A stretch of 62,944 nucleotides of DNA, taken from positions 1 to 62,944 of the forward strand of contig PRDH01000009.1 of assembly GCA_003345545.1 (NCBI GenBank). The letters are read 5' to 3'. Shown here piece after piece: positions 39,601-48,784 of the stretch. The translations under genes and the position numbers were made by a program. This stretch comes from Candidatus Thorarchaeota archaeon (lineage in GTDB: Archaea > Asgardarchaeota > Thorarchaeia > Thorarchaeales > Thorarchaeaceae). The notes beneath the pieces are model-generated. The model was not told the origin of the DNA. It ran no database searches and saw nothing but the letters and a program-made list of their open reading frames with translations. Numbering within the stretch: position 1 is the stretch's first letter; each line of letters begins with the position of its first letter.

Positions 39601-42600
39601 GTCCAGTTGCCCATCTAGTGTTCCATTACCATAGGTTGAGGCAAGGAGTGGGTCTGTCCCTAGAAGATTGATTTCTACATAATCATCCAGCTGGTCACCA
39701 TCTGTATCTCTTACCGTGATATTGGTTCCATAGAGAATCTCGTCAAAGTCCTCGAGAAGATCTCCGTCCGTGTCACGAAACAATGGACTTGACCCGTAGA
39801 TCAATACCTCGTCCCCGTCATTAATGCCATCATCATCAGAATCAGCATCTCCCGCGTCCGTGTCATAGATGTCGACCTCATCGCCGTTACTCAGGGAGTC
39901 TCCATCACTATCATAGTCATAGTCAGGCACGCCATAGGTCATATTGTTGAGAGGATTCGTACCTGTGACGTTGACCTCGATGAAGTCACTGAGGTCATCA
40001 AAGTCAGAGTCAGAGTTCCATGGGTCTGTGGAGTAATCCTTGACCTCTTCTGAGTCAAGAAGTCCATCTTCGTCACAATCTGCTATAAGAGGTGATGTTC
40101 CATAGAAGTACTCCTCAGCATCATCGAGTCCATCTTGATCTGTATCTGCCTCAAAGGGTGAGGTTTCATTAGGGTCTACAATGCCGTTCACATTGACATC
40201 CTCTCCCTGTTCACCAAGGTGTGGCTCGTATATACCATTCTCATTTGCATCATACCAGCCATCGTAGAGGCCATCGTCGTCTGAGTCTGCACTTGTTGCA
40301 TTCAGACCCGAATCTATCTCAAGTCCATCTCGGATGCGATCTCCATCAGTGTCCCAGTTTGTGCAGTTCGTGTCGTAGGTCCGTATCTCTTGGATGTTAG
40401 TGAGACCGTCATGGTCCTGGTCGTCCTGCCCGTCGAGAATCCCGTCGTCGTCGATATCAGGGTTAGTAGGATCAGTGAGTGTGTCAAAGACCTCCTCCGC
40501 ATCTGTCAATCCATCGGAGTCTGTATCGGCAGCAAGTGGGTCGCAGTTGTGAAGGAGCTCATCCAGGTTGATGAGGTTGTCATTATCAGGGTCTTCCTCC
40601 CAGTCATACACACCGTTGTCGTTTGTATCGTTATACCGGGGGTCCGTTCCTGTCATCACGACTTCGAACCAGTTGGGGAGCTGGTCGTTGTCCTCGTCAT
40701 CATAATAATCAGATATAGAGTCACTATCTGAATCGGTCACATTGAACTTGGTACCAGTTATGTATAGCTCGGCCCCGTTTGACAGTTTATCTCCGTCGAA
40801 GTCCTCGTCATAATCGCTTATCGAGTCGTCATCTGAGTCTGGGTCATTCATGTCTGTATGGAGCAAGTACCACTCGTTCCCATCTTTGACTTTGTCGCCA
40901 TCTGTATCGGGATTTCTGGGCAGTGAGAAGGTGACGAAGAGCTCATCATAGTTTGTGAGCCCATCTAGGTCAGAGTCCTCAAGGTCGTCAGTGAGAGGTA
41001 GCCCGCCGGAGTCCGTGAGCGTAGGATTTGTACGTGTCAAGTAGATCTCCTGATAGTTCGTCAACCGGTCTCCGTCAGAGTCCCAGTTTCCATCCAGAAT
41101 GACTGCATCGAAAGTGTGGGGATTCGTAGCATCCCAACCATTCGCGAGATACTTTACCTCATCAGGGTCCTTGATGCCATCAAGATCAGTATCGACTCGT
41201 GTGGCATTAGTGCTATATGTCAGGACTTCCAACCCGTCTCCGAGTGTGTCTCCATCAGTATCGCTCTTTGTGACGTTCGTGTGCCATGTGTAGCACTCTG
41301 CATAATCACCGAGACCATCAAGGTCCGTATCAGCAGCATTGGGGTCTGATTGCCAGTAGTTGACTTCAAGTCCATCATCAATGAGATCGCCATCAGAGTC
41401 CGGATTCAAGGGATTTGTGTGATAGGTGTTTACTTCGTTCCCGTCACTGATGAGATCATTATCTGAGTCTGGGTCATCGACTTGAGTTCCATAGGTGACG
41501 TATTCTTCATAATCAGTAAGCCCATCGTCGTCTCCGTCGGCCTTCAACGGATCTGAATGCACGATCATGACTTCTTCGTAATCAGTCAACTGGTCATTAT
41601 CCGTGTCTTCCGAGAGCGGCGATGTCTTGCTAACCTTGACTTCATACCCATCAAGTAGCAAATCATCATCAGTGTCTGCATCGTATACGCCTGTGCCCAG
41701 CTGGATCTCCTTCCAGTTGGCAAGGTCGTCACCATCCTGATCATCATAATAATCAGTGGTACCATCATGATCGCTGTCGACATCATTAGGATCGGTCTTG
41801 GTCTGGCGAACCTCCTGAATGTTGGTCAGTCCGTCGCCATCATTGTCGTCTTGAGCATCATTGGTACCATCGTCATCGCTATCAGCTTCAGTGGGCAGAG
41901 TGAGGGTGATGTTGTTTTCCTCATAATCTGTAAGCGTATCCCCGTCAGTGTCTGCTGCGTTGGGATCCGTTCCAAGGTAAATCTCCTGCCAGTCGGTCAA
42001 TTTATCGTTGTCCGAGTCTGCAGAGCTAGGGTCCGTGCCATAAGTGATGACCTCTGCAAAATCAGAGAGCTTGTCAGAGTCTGTGTCTGACAAGAGGGGT
42101 GATGTGTCATAAGTGAGAACTTCATCTCCATCGTTCAAGCCATCGTTATCAGTGTCTGAATCATCATAGAGTGTGTCCTCAATGAGTAACTCCCGAGCAT
42201 CCGCAAGCCCATCGCTATCAAAGTCACGACCATAGGCTGAAACCGCACCACTGTTGGCACCGATGACAAACTCTTGTCCTCCAAATCCATCGAGGTCGCC
42301 ATAAGTCATGACATGGGTGAGCCCGGCGATGTTGGTCTGTAGGGTCCTCCAGCCCGTCGAATTGTACATGGTCACCATATTGTTCGTTGCCACAAGCACT
42401 TGAGCATTAGTCGTTGCACCAACATTAGGGAATAGTACCCTGTTGACCGCACCACTAAGGGTCCTGTTCCAAAGTAGAACGCCGCTCGAGTCATAGATGG
42501 TCAAGACGCTGGATGATGTGCCGAGAGCGAGTTCATGCCTCCCACCTGCCATCAGGCCTCCCACCTCAAGGGCAGTGATGCTGCCCGCAGCATTAACGGT

Positions 42601-43425
42601 ATAGGCTATAGTACCATCTGCATAGACAACGCTGATGGTTCCATTCTCAAGCCCTATAACAACATCAAGATTGCCAGCAGTAGTGAGGTCTCCAAGACGG
42701 ACAGCGCTAATTGCGGAGGCAGATGTCTTATTGAAGATGACAGCACCAGTGTCCTGCAGGAGGGTGAAGCGCTTTGTATCAGATGCAGCAAGGACCTCTT
42801 CACGAGTGTCAGCATCGATGTCAACTGCAGTCAGCAAGCGAATCTTGCCATTGCTCAGATGGCTCCAGAGCAGGGTGGCATCTACTTCGTAAGCGTATAC
42901 ATAGAAGTCATCGCAGCCAACTGCTATCTCCTCCAGGGCATCACCGTCAAGGTTTGCTGCCGCGACTACATGGACCGGCTCCGGCAGGGTGACATTCATC
43001 TGAACGAACTTGTCTGCTCCCACTACCAGGATGCCTGAAGATGTTCCCACGAGAATCTCCTTACCTGCAGCGGTAGTTCCATCTAAGGAAACAATGTTGT
43101 AGGGTGTGGCTCTGAGGTTCAACCGCCACAGAAGCGTACCATCATCATCGAACAGAGAGAGTGTGCCATTCTGAGAGATGACTGCCACCTCATCGTTAGC
43201 ATCAGAATCGAAATTACCCGCTGCGATGTCCACTATCTGATTGCCTGTAGTGGTCGACCATACCAGAGCCGTAGAGAAAGGAGCGATTTCAGATAGAGTG
43301 TATTGTCCTTGTGGGGATTGGATGTTGACTGGTAACTGGCTCGGATCAATCGTCAGTGTCTGACTACTTACGCCAGCGAGAACGCAAACGAACATAATGG
43401 CAATGATTGCATGATAGGTATTCAT
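36625..43425 (-). CDS. Giant type-I membrane surface protein: signal peptide, FG-GAP/VCBS beta-propeller, long TSP3-like Ca-binding repeat stalk, TM helix, cytoplasmic beta-sandwich
   Basis: ATG 43425 overlaps the upstream TGA (ATGA); D.D.D...E...G propeller blades; dozens of D[TS]DxDGLxDxxE repeats; TM WIWPIVLGFGGLFVLAVGV followed by KRMRER. Confidence 0.85.
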   Translation of the reverse strand: MNTYHAIIAIMFVCVLAGVSSQTLTIDPSQLPVNIQSPQGQYTLSEIAPFSTALVWSTTTGNQIVDIAAGNFDSDANDEVAVISQNGTLSLFDDDGTLLWRLNLRATPYNIVSLDGTTAAGKEILVGTSSGILVVGADKFVQMNVTLPEPVHVVAAANLDGDALEEIAVGCDDFYVYAYEVDATLLWSHLSNGKIRLLTAVDIDADTREEVLAASDTKRFTLLQDTGAVIFNKTSASAISAVRLGDLTTAGNLDVVIGLENGTISVVYADGTIAYTVNAAGSITALEVGGLMAGGRHELALGTSSSVLTIYDSSGVLLWNRTLSGAVNRVLFPNVGATTNAQVLVATNNMVTMYNSTGWRTLQTNIAGLTHVMTYGDLDGFGGQEFVIGANSGAVSAYGRDFDSDGLADARELLIEDTLYDDSDTDNDGLNDGDEVLTYDTSPLLSDTDSDKLSDFAEVITYGTDPSSADSDNDKLTDWQEIYLGTDPNAADTDGDTLTDYEENNITLTLPTEADSDDDGTNDAQDDNDGDGLTNIQEVRQTKTDPNDVDSDHDGTTDYYDDQDGDDLANWKEIQLGTGVYDADTDDDLLLDGYEVKVSKTSPLSEDTDNDQLTDYEEVMIVHSDPLKADGDDDGLTDYEEYVTYGTQVDDPDSDNDLISDGNEVNTYHTNPLNPDSDGDLIDDGLEVNYWQSDPNAADTDLDGLGDYAECYTWHTNVTKSDTDGDTLGDGLEVLTYSTNATRVDTDLDGIKDPDEVKYLANGWDATNPHTFDAVILDGNWDSDGDRLTNYQEIYLTRTNPTLTDSGGLPLTDDLEDSDLDGLTNYDELFVTFSLPRNPDTDGDKVKDGNEWYLLHTDMNDPDSDDDSISDYDEDFDGDKLSNGAELYITGTKFNVTDSDSDSISDYYDDEDNDQLPNWFEVVMTGTDPRYNDTNDNGVYDWEEDPDNDNLINLDELLHNCDPLAADTDSDGLTDAEEVFDTLTDPTNPDIDDDGILDGQDDQDHDGLTNIQEIRTYDTNCTNWDTDGDRIRDGLEIDSGLNATSADSDDDGLYDGWYDANENGIYEPHLGEQGEDVNVNGIVDPNETSPFEADTDQDGLDDAEEYFYGTSPLIADCDEDGLLDSEEVKDYSTDPWNSDSDFDDLSDFIEVNVTGTNPLNNMTYGVPDYDYDSDGDSLSNGDEVDIYDTDAGDADSDDDGINDGDEVLIYGSSPLFRDTDGDLLEDFDEILYGTNITVRDTDGDQLDDYVEINLLGTDPLLASTYGNGTLDGQLDHDGDGLSNAIEIYGYHSNATSPDTDGDGLLDGFEAFTTGSSPTDKDSDDDGLSDFDEWTTWHTDLSGTDSDSDGLDDYTEVYVSLTLPTAWDSDGDQLSDGSEWNDYGTDPNSPDTDSDLINDKKELDLGTDPSLNDTDGDGLSDWEEWQIYETDPTQADVDGDGLNDKEEIENDTDWENWDSDFDTISDGDEVNTYGTDPLDPDTDHDNLADADELFNSRTLPDTNDTDGDGIPDDLDDQDADGISNFDEIYLYETNCTLIDTDGDLLSDYYEIFISETSPTKTDTDGDGLSDRDELFYWSSNPLSRDTDGDGLQDSEEALTWHTLLNDTDTDNDLLSDYDEIKVFETDPLQFDTDGDGLGDGAELNNHNTSPLRADTDGDGLFDNQEVNGMYMTFNISGMIESRWVYPNPRETDTDLDGLTDFQETNKTGTDPTLFSTQGNSVSDADWDIDGDMLTNYHEIVLTQTNPRLTDTDGDGRIDGMDDEDRDLLTNWEECVLTETNPRNPDTNGDGVSDYNDDEDQDGLTNGEEINDYATDPLKQDTDGDRLSDFDEVDKYGTSPIMRDTDGDLLDDGAEILDYGTAALLSDTDSDFLTDYEEVVFTNTNPLTNMTHPGVMDGDWDSDDDGLSNLDELRVYNSLPLDPDLDNDDLNDGLEISLGTIIDNPDTDSDQLLDGAEHFLFGTSPLLNDTDNDRIGDYDEVMIYRTNGAYFDTDFDLLSDYDEIFNLGTNPDSNDTDGDGLKDNEEVITYKSDPNSRDGDEDGLTDYFEIFTSHTQPLDNDTDGEGLSDGAEWNNYKTDPLMPDTDLDGLDDYQEVMVYHTDPLSADSDGDGLLDGADFMPTVHWIWPIVLGFGGLFVLAVGVKRMRERYFVKEYVTTSEPASLGLEPGMDVAVEYKIRGGKVIFGVVIRNGSKVPMHNVQVILGVPDLTDAIKTQTIGTVEPDTISVAEIDFELQPGAEGELVGMVEYDSAEGEHRIVNLKPVRIVA
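37080..42230 (-). repeat. Intragenic degenerate coding repeat array (DxDxDGLxDxxE...TxP units of about 13 and 22-23 aa)
   Basis: Roughly 80 units (estimated by eye) over about 1700 aa; diverged at DNA level. Confidence 0.85.
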
Positions 43426-44432
43426 GATGTAGTTCCTCCAATCCCTTCCTCCTTCCATGGTTTGACTTGGAAGTAATCAAAGAAGTCCGACTCAACGAGT
43501 TCGACTCCGTCAAAGGGCATCTTCATCTCGTTGAGCCTCGTAATGACAGGCAACAGATGGTCAGCTGGTTCGTCGATGAAGAGTTTTACTGCGTTTCTTC
43601 CGGAGAGAGAGACATATTGTACATCTGGGATGGCCATGATGCGCCGCATGATTTCAGGTGTGAGTGCATGGAGTGTGACCCTTAGGCTCTCTCCCTTTCC
43701 TGGAAGAGTCGATATCAATTCCTCTGGTGTGCCGAATTGGCTGATCTCGCCCTCTTCAAGCAGGACCACGCGTGTGCAGTAATCAACAATCTCAAGGTCG
43801 TGGCTAATGATGACCATCGTTGTGCCGAGTTCGTGGTTGAGCATCTTGAGATAGTTGAGGGTTTCATGTCTGAGATGTGCATCAAGCCCAGTCGTGGGCT
43901 CGTCCAACAAGAGGACTGGCGGATTGTGAACCATGCCAAGGCATATTGAAACGCGTTTTCTCTCTCCACCGGAAAGTCTGTCCACACGCTTGGTCATTAG
44001 TTCCTCGTCAAACCCCAGGATTGAAAGGACACTTCTTGCCCGTTCCTCTATCTCTTTTGGTCTGAGTCCATAGCATCTTCCGAAGAACTGTGCATTCTGG
44101 AGCGGTGTGAACTCATAGTAAAGACTGAGATGCTCGAGCTGGGGGACGTATCCGACAAGCAGACTGATGAGGTTTGCCTTCTTGGTCACATCGTAACCGC
44201 CGACAAATGCCTGCCCGGAGGTTGGTCTTATCTGTCCTGTCAAGATTCTAAGGACGGTCGTCTTCCCTGCTCCTGAAGCTCCAATGACGCCGAGAAACTC
44301 CTTCTTGTTTGCAAAGAAGGACACGCCCTTCAATGCATAGAAGTCCCCAAAGGCCACCTTCAGGTCAATGATGTCAATCTCTCTGTAGGTTTCCTTTGAT
44401 GTACGTTCATTCCTCTTGCCCACCCTATACAC
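43422..44432 (-). CDS. ABC-2 type transporter ATP-binding protein
   Basis: GASGAGKTT, LSGGE, LLLDEPTTGLD, SH; C-terminal accessory domain. Confidence 0.92.
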   Translation of the reverse strand: MYRVGKRNERTSKETYREIDIIDLKVAFGDFYALKGVSFFANKKEFLGVIGASGAGKTTVLRILTGQIRPTSGQAFVGGYDVTKKANLISLLVGYVPQLEHLSLYYEFTPLQNAQFFGRCYGLRPKEIEERARSVLSILGFDEELMTKRVDRLSGGERKRVSICLGMVHNPPVLLLDEPTTGLDAHLRHETLNYLKMLNHELGTTMVIISHDLEIVDYCTRVVLLEEGEISQFGTPEELISTLPGKGESLRVTLHALTPEIMRRIMAIPDVQYVSLSGRNAVKLFIDEPADHLLPVITRLNEMKMPFDGVELVESDFFDYFQVKPWKEEGIGGTTS

Positions 44433-47400
44433 CTCCTACCTTATCGCTCACGCGCTCGAACATCTTCTTTCCTTCTTCAATGCTCTGCATCAGGACACGG
44501 AGAGCCTCGACCTTCTGAATACGATCGAGATCCTCTCGTTTGATGAGCTCCTCCAACTGCGCGAATGCGGCTAGGAGGGTGTTCAGAGTATTGTCAATCT
44601 CACGACGGAGGTCGCTGTCGATCTCGGGAATCCGGAGCCTCTTCTTCATTCTTCTACGATTATACACGAGACCTCCGATTAGCGTACCAAAGATGCCTAT
44701 TGACGTGATGAAAGCGACTTGGGGCATGGTGAGCCATTTGAATGGATCAACAGGCGGCGTGGTTGGTGTCAACTCATATAGGAAGAAGTAGACGCTTGCA
44801 TAGGTCATTGCATAGTTCTCATCACCCAGAATGATGAAGATACCATTGATTCTCCCTGCGGAGTTCCATGAGCCGGGGGCGAACTGAGATGAGTAGAGAC
44901 CCTTCTCGACAAATCCTGCTATAAAATACGAGAGGTTTCCATTAGGAAGTTCATAGACGATGGCCACGAACAGGTCGTCTACAGGATTTCCGTTGACGTC
45001 ACTAAGAACGAGATTGAGATAGACGCTCTCGCCAACTGGATACATTGTCGTGTTCTCAGACAGACTAGTCGATGTTGTCAATGTGTTCCTCAGGAGGTAC
45101 TGATTGAGATTATCGAGGAGCCTGCTGTTGTTACACTTGACTAGATTCTTGTTCATGAATATCTTCGAGGAACCAAAGACTGCAACTTCGGGGTCTGTCT
45201 GGTCAAGTACAACCACACTATTTCCATCGAGTCTCACTTGTGCATTGGACTGATTGTTCATGATGAATGTGCCGCCGCCCAACCAGACGGATTGGAGTCC
45301 CATCCCTAGGCGGGAAGTTGCTGCAATCTCTGTTGTGTTTTCCTTCGAGTGACTTCCTTCAAAGAAGTATCCGTACGTCATGATCAATGGATTCAGAGCC
45401 GAGATGTTTGCATTGTCATCATTGTCGCCTAGGATGACAAGCGTGCCACCGCCTTCGGTGAAGTTTCTGAGGATGTCGATATCTGTTGAGTTGTACTCAT
45501 TAGTTGGAGCGATAATGAACACTGTTGAGAAAGATATGAGAAGGTCTGCATCAAGATCCATTCCAGGTGTCTCTATGAGGTCTAGACCGACATTGGCCAT
45601 GCTCGTCTTCATGTTTGACAGACCTGAGAAAGTCGTGATTCTGAAGGAGTCCAAGAGTCCTGTGAGAGAATCGAGACTCCCTAGGTCTCCGAGGTCGAAG
45701 TTCATTGAAATTCCAGTATCGCCTGATTGCTCTTCTTGAGCAAGAGGGAACTCAAGTCCTTGGGTTCCTTCACTTCCTATGAGGTCACCTGAATCTCCGC
45801 CCAAGCTCATGTTTCCTAAAAGAGAGCCAAATCCACCCCCGTGCGACGTGTCCAAGAGCATCATTGCCCGAGGATACTCAACCACTCTCTCTAGGGTGAT
45901 ATTCATCGTCCATCCATAGTCAGTTTCAACAACATAATCACATCTATGATACCCATCCATGCCTATAGGCGGGGACAAAAGAAAGAGTGAGAAGTCATAG
46001 AATCCCTCAATCGTGTCTGCGCGCGTGAGGGACATATTGCCCCAGTCTGATGCATTACCATGATTTGTGATGGTCATGTTTCCCAGGGACTCCGTCGTAG
46101 CTAGAACAAAGCTATAGAGCCCGAAGTCTGCAGGGAATCGGATATCGAATGGTGCGAATGGAAGTATCTTCGGAAAGACAGAAGTAGACGAGATAGGCGA
46201 GATAATGAAGACATCTCTAAGCAGAAAATCATCCAGAATGCCAAGAACCAAGGTGTTAATATTCTGTGTCAGACCAATCACGGACTCGAGGCTCGCTGCC
46301 ACGGCCCAAACCGCAGTTCTGATGCCAGCTCCTTCTGGATGATACGTAGCAGTCATATTCATCGCTTGGAACGGTCTAATAATGTCGTATGAGAAGTACT
46401 CTGCAAACAACGCTCCGCTGTCGCCAAGATTTTCTGCAACGACCATTGCGGCAATTGCTGATGAATTATAGACTCCAACATTCATGATGAGTGCTTGTGA
46501 CACGTAGGTCTGTCCTATCGCAACAATCCGTGGTAGATTGGCCTCTACAACAATGAGGTCTCCTTGATTGGCGATGAAGCTGGGGACCTCGTTCAGCCAC
46601 ATTGCGTCCATTGATGCGTCAAGAACCGTTCTGTTCTCTCCGAAGCCTAGCGCGATGGTGACGTTTACGGGGTTGTTTACCTCAACCGTTCCAAAATCCC
46701 ACTGCAGTGCAAGCGCTACGCTCCCGTCAAAGGCAGTAGTCCCTGTCAGAGCATTGTCTGAGATATGACTCGATATCTCTGAGGAGTTGCCCACCTCGAA
46801 TGCTGATAAGGGAATGCTCGAGTTGAGCCCAAGATAAAAATTGCCATAGCCCTCAGATAGACCATAGGCGAATAGCTGTTCGTGATCGAGGTCATATTTG
46901 CCGTGGTCATCTCTTCCATCCAAGAAGAGATCCAACGAATATGAGACGTAGAGACTCACGTTCTCGATTGGTTTTGACCCGAGATTGAGAACGTACGGTG
47001 TGATTCTGAATGCGGTCAGCGGTAGTGCTGAATAGGTACTGAGGTTGTATGACTCAACGACCAGCGTGACGAAGACTTCATCCTCATATGACAATATTCC
47101 AATATGGCGGTCGTAGTTCGTCAGTGTACTTGCCATCACGACTTGGTGTAGTTCGCGCTTGACATCGAACATCATCAGGTTCACTGGGTCCATATCGTTC
47201 CACTTGAGCGAGAACATACCCATCATGAGATGCATGCCTGAGTCCTGAGGATTCCGTGAGTCAAGGGCAATGACCGTGGTGCCGAAACTGCTCATCAACA
47301 TCGTTGTGGATGCATTTCTGCCCGATGCAGATACAAGACCCAGAGCAAGAAGTGGTGTACCTGTTGTACGATTATGGGGACTTACAGGGGTTTGTCGCAT

Positions 47401-48780
47401 ACTCAGATAATCAAAAGCACCTTGAATGTTCAGAAGGCCAGCTCCGCCATCATTTGCCCCATATCCAATCGGGCTGGCTGTATCCCGGAGAACATTTCCA
47501 AGCGTAATTGGAGTTGCTCTATCAAAGGCTTGAAGCAGTATTGCCGCAGTTCCTGCTATGATGGCTGCTGAAGCTGTTGTTGTATCTGCAATAGTGAAGT
47601 TCTCTTCTACAGTTTCACCGAGGGGTTCTCCTAAGAGACTTCCAAGACCACCGAGATCTCCCAGGTCAGTAAGATCAATGTCACCAAATCCCAGACTACT
47701 AAGACCCACCCCGGCCTTAGCGCCAACGATTCCGACACCAGGCGCCACGATGTCTGGTTTGGTGAGCAGATCAAGGGAAGGGCCCCTTCCTGAAAAATCG
47801 GGGATTTTCTCTTTCTCTGTATCATAGGCACCCACGCAAAAAGCAGCAGCGCTTCCGCCTGGGGACATGACTGTGAGATAATCTGGGCCGTCGTCACCTG
47901 CAGCTGCAATAACAAAGATGCCTTTCTCTGCAGCGTCTTGAATGGCCACTGAAACCGCGTCGCCTGGAGCACCAAAGGTATTGAATGGTAGGAGGATGAT
48001 GTCTGCTCCTCGACTGCTTGCCCATTCGATGCCCGAGACTATCCAACTTGGAGCTGCAAAGAGGCCTCCCAAAGTGACCTTGGCAGAGAGCAATGTTGCA
48101 CCGGGAGCTATGCCTGCATATTTTCCATCTGACATATTGCCGTTTCCCACAGCTACCGAGGCAGCATAGGTGCCATGCCCAATGAGGTCCAGAGGAAGTG
48201 TATCTGCCTCGACAAAGGATGCGAATGCTGAAACTGTCAAGTCCGGATGAAGCGGGTCCACTCCGGTGTCGAGGACAGCTATGACCACGCCAGTTCCGTT
48301 GTATCCTGCCTCGACGAGGTTTCTCGCTCCTATTCGGTCGACTAGAGGTACATAGTCCCCGAGTTCTGCGATCGTGCTGCTCTCTGTCTGCCTTATCGCG
48401 GTGACCTGATTTGACCATATCTTCGTGATGAAAACTTCTCTGGCGAGCTCCAGCAAGGACGTGCTGAGCATCCTCACCCGTATCATATCGAGCAACTCGA
48501 ATGTGTCCAACAACTCCGCAGTCCTGTCAGCCATCAGTATTGCATTCTCTGCCTTGTACGAAGCCACATCATCGTAACCGACAAGAACCTCAAGTCGTTC
48601 CTCAACTTGGGTGCGATTGAGCAGTGTCGTGTCAATCTTATCCTGCGGCAGTATCTGGTACATTGCTGTTCCTGTTACAATAGGGATGCCAGTCATACCA
48701 CTGAGCGTGATCGAAACGATCATAATGCATGTGAACAGCTTTGGGCACAGCCAATGCATTGCTCTCGAGGTTTCTGACAT
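44425..48780 (-). CDS. Membrane-anchored S8 subtilase-like protein with GIFT (GldG/IFT52/S1P-type) domain; catalytic Ser replaced by Thr
   Basis: VLDTG (Asp), GHGT (His), AAAGD, KPDIVAPG, DTTTASAAIIAG in place of GTSMA; LLDTSHG...FIIAP...GGGTLVILGD; C-terminal TM and coiled tail. Confidence 0.8.
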   Translation of the reverse strand: MSETSRAMHWLCPKLFTCIMIVSITLSGMTGIPIVTGTAMYQILPQDKIDTTLLNRTQVEERLEVLVGYDDVASYKAENAILMADRTAELLDTFELLDMIRVRMLSTSLLELAREVFITKIWSNQVTAIRQTESSTIAELGDYVPLVDRIGARNLVEAGYNGTGVVIAVLDTGVDPLHPDLTVSAFASFVEADTLPLDLIGHGTYAASVAVGNGNMSDGKYAGIAPGATLLSAKVTLGGLFAAPSWIVSGIEWASSRGADIILLPFNTFGAPGDAVSVAIQDAAEKGIFVIAAAGDDGPDYLTVMSPGGSAAAFCVGAYDTEKEKIPDFSGRGPSLDLLTKPDIVAPGVGIVGAKAGVGLSSLGFGDIDLTDLGDLGGLGSLLGEPLGETVEENFTIADTTTASAAIIAGTAAILLQAFDRATPITLGNVLRDTASPIGYGANDGGAGLLNIQGAFDYLSMRQTPVSPHNRTTGTPLLALGLVSASGRNASTTMLMSSFGTTVIALDSRNPQDSGMHLMMGMFSLKWNDMDPVNLMMFDVKRELHQVVMASTLTNYDRHIGILSYEDEVFVTLVVESYNLSTYSALPLTAFRITPYVLNLGSKPIENVSLYVSYSLDLFLDGRDDHGKYDLDHEQLFAYGLSEGYGNFYLGLNSSIPLSAFEVGNSSEISSHISDNALTGTTAFDGSVALALQWDFGTVEVNNPVNVTIALGFGENRTVLDASMDAMWLNEVPSFIANQGDLIVVEANLPRIVAIGQTYVSQALIMNVGVYNSSAIAAMVVAENLGDSGALFAEYFSYDIIRPFQAMNMTATYHPEGAGIRTAVWAVAASLESVIGLTQNINTLVLGILDDFLLRDVFIISPISSTSVFPKILPFAPFDIRFPADFGLYSFVLATTESLGNMTITNHGNASDWGNMSLTRADTIEGFYDFSLFLLSPPIGMDGYHRCDYVVETDYGWTMNITLERVVEYPRAMMLLDTSHGGGFGSLLGNMSLGGDSGDLIGSEGTQGLEFPLAQEEQSGDTGISMNFDLGDLGSLDSLTGLLDSFRITTFSGLSNMKTSMANVGLDLIETPGMDLDADLLISFSTVFIIAPTNEYNSTDIDILRNFTEGGGTLVILGDNDDNANISALNPLIMTYGYFFEGSHSKENTTEIAATSRLGMGLQSVWLGGGTFIMNNQSNAQVRLDGNSVVVLDQTDPEVAVFGSSKIFMNKNLVKCNNSRLLDNLNQYLLRNTLTTSTSLSENTTMYPVGESVYLNLVLSDVNGNPVDDLFVAIVYELPNGNLSYFIAGFVEKGLYSSQFAPGSWNSAGRINGIFIILGDENYAMTYASVYFFLYELTPTTPPVDPFKWLTMPQVAFITSIGIFGTLIGGLVYNRRRMKKRLRIPEIDSDLRREIDNTLNTLLAAFAQLEELIKREDLDRIQKVEALRVLMQSIEEGKKMFERVSDKVGGV

Positions 48781-48784
48781 TTCA

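Noticed and set aside
37080-42230. Repetitive DNA as a CRISPR array or tandem DNA repeat
   Set aside because: Repeats are degenerate at DNA level, lie in frame inside one ORF and are conserved only as protein motifs
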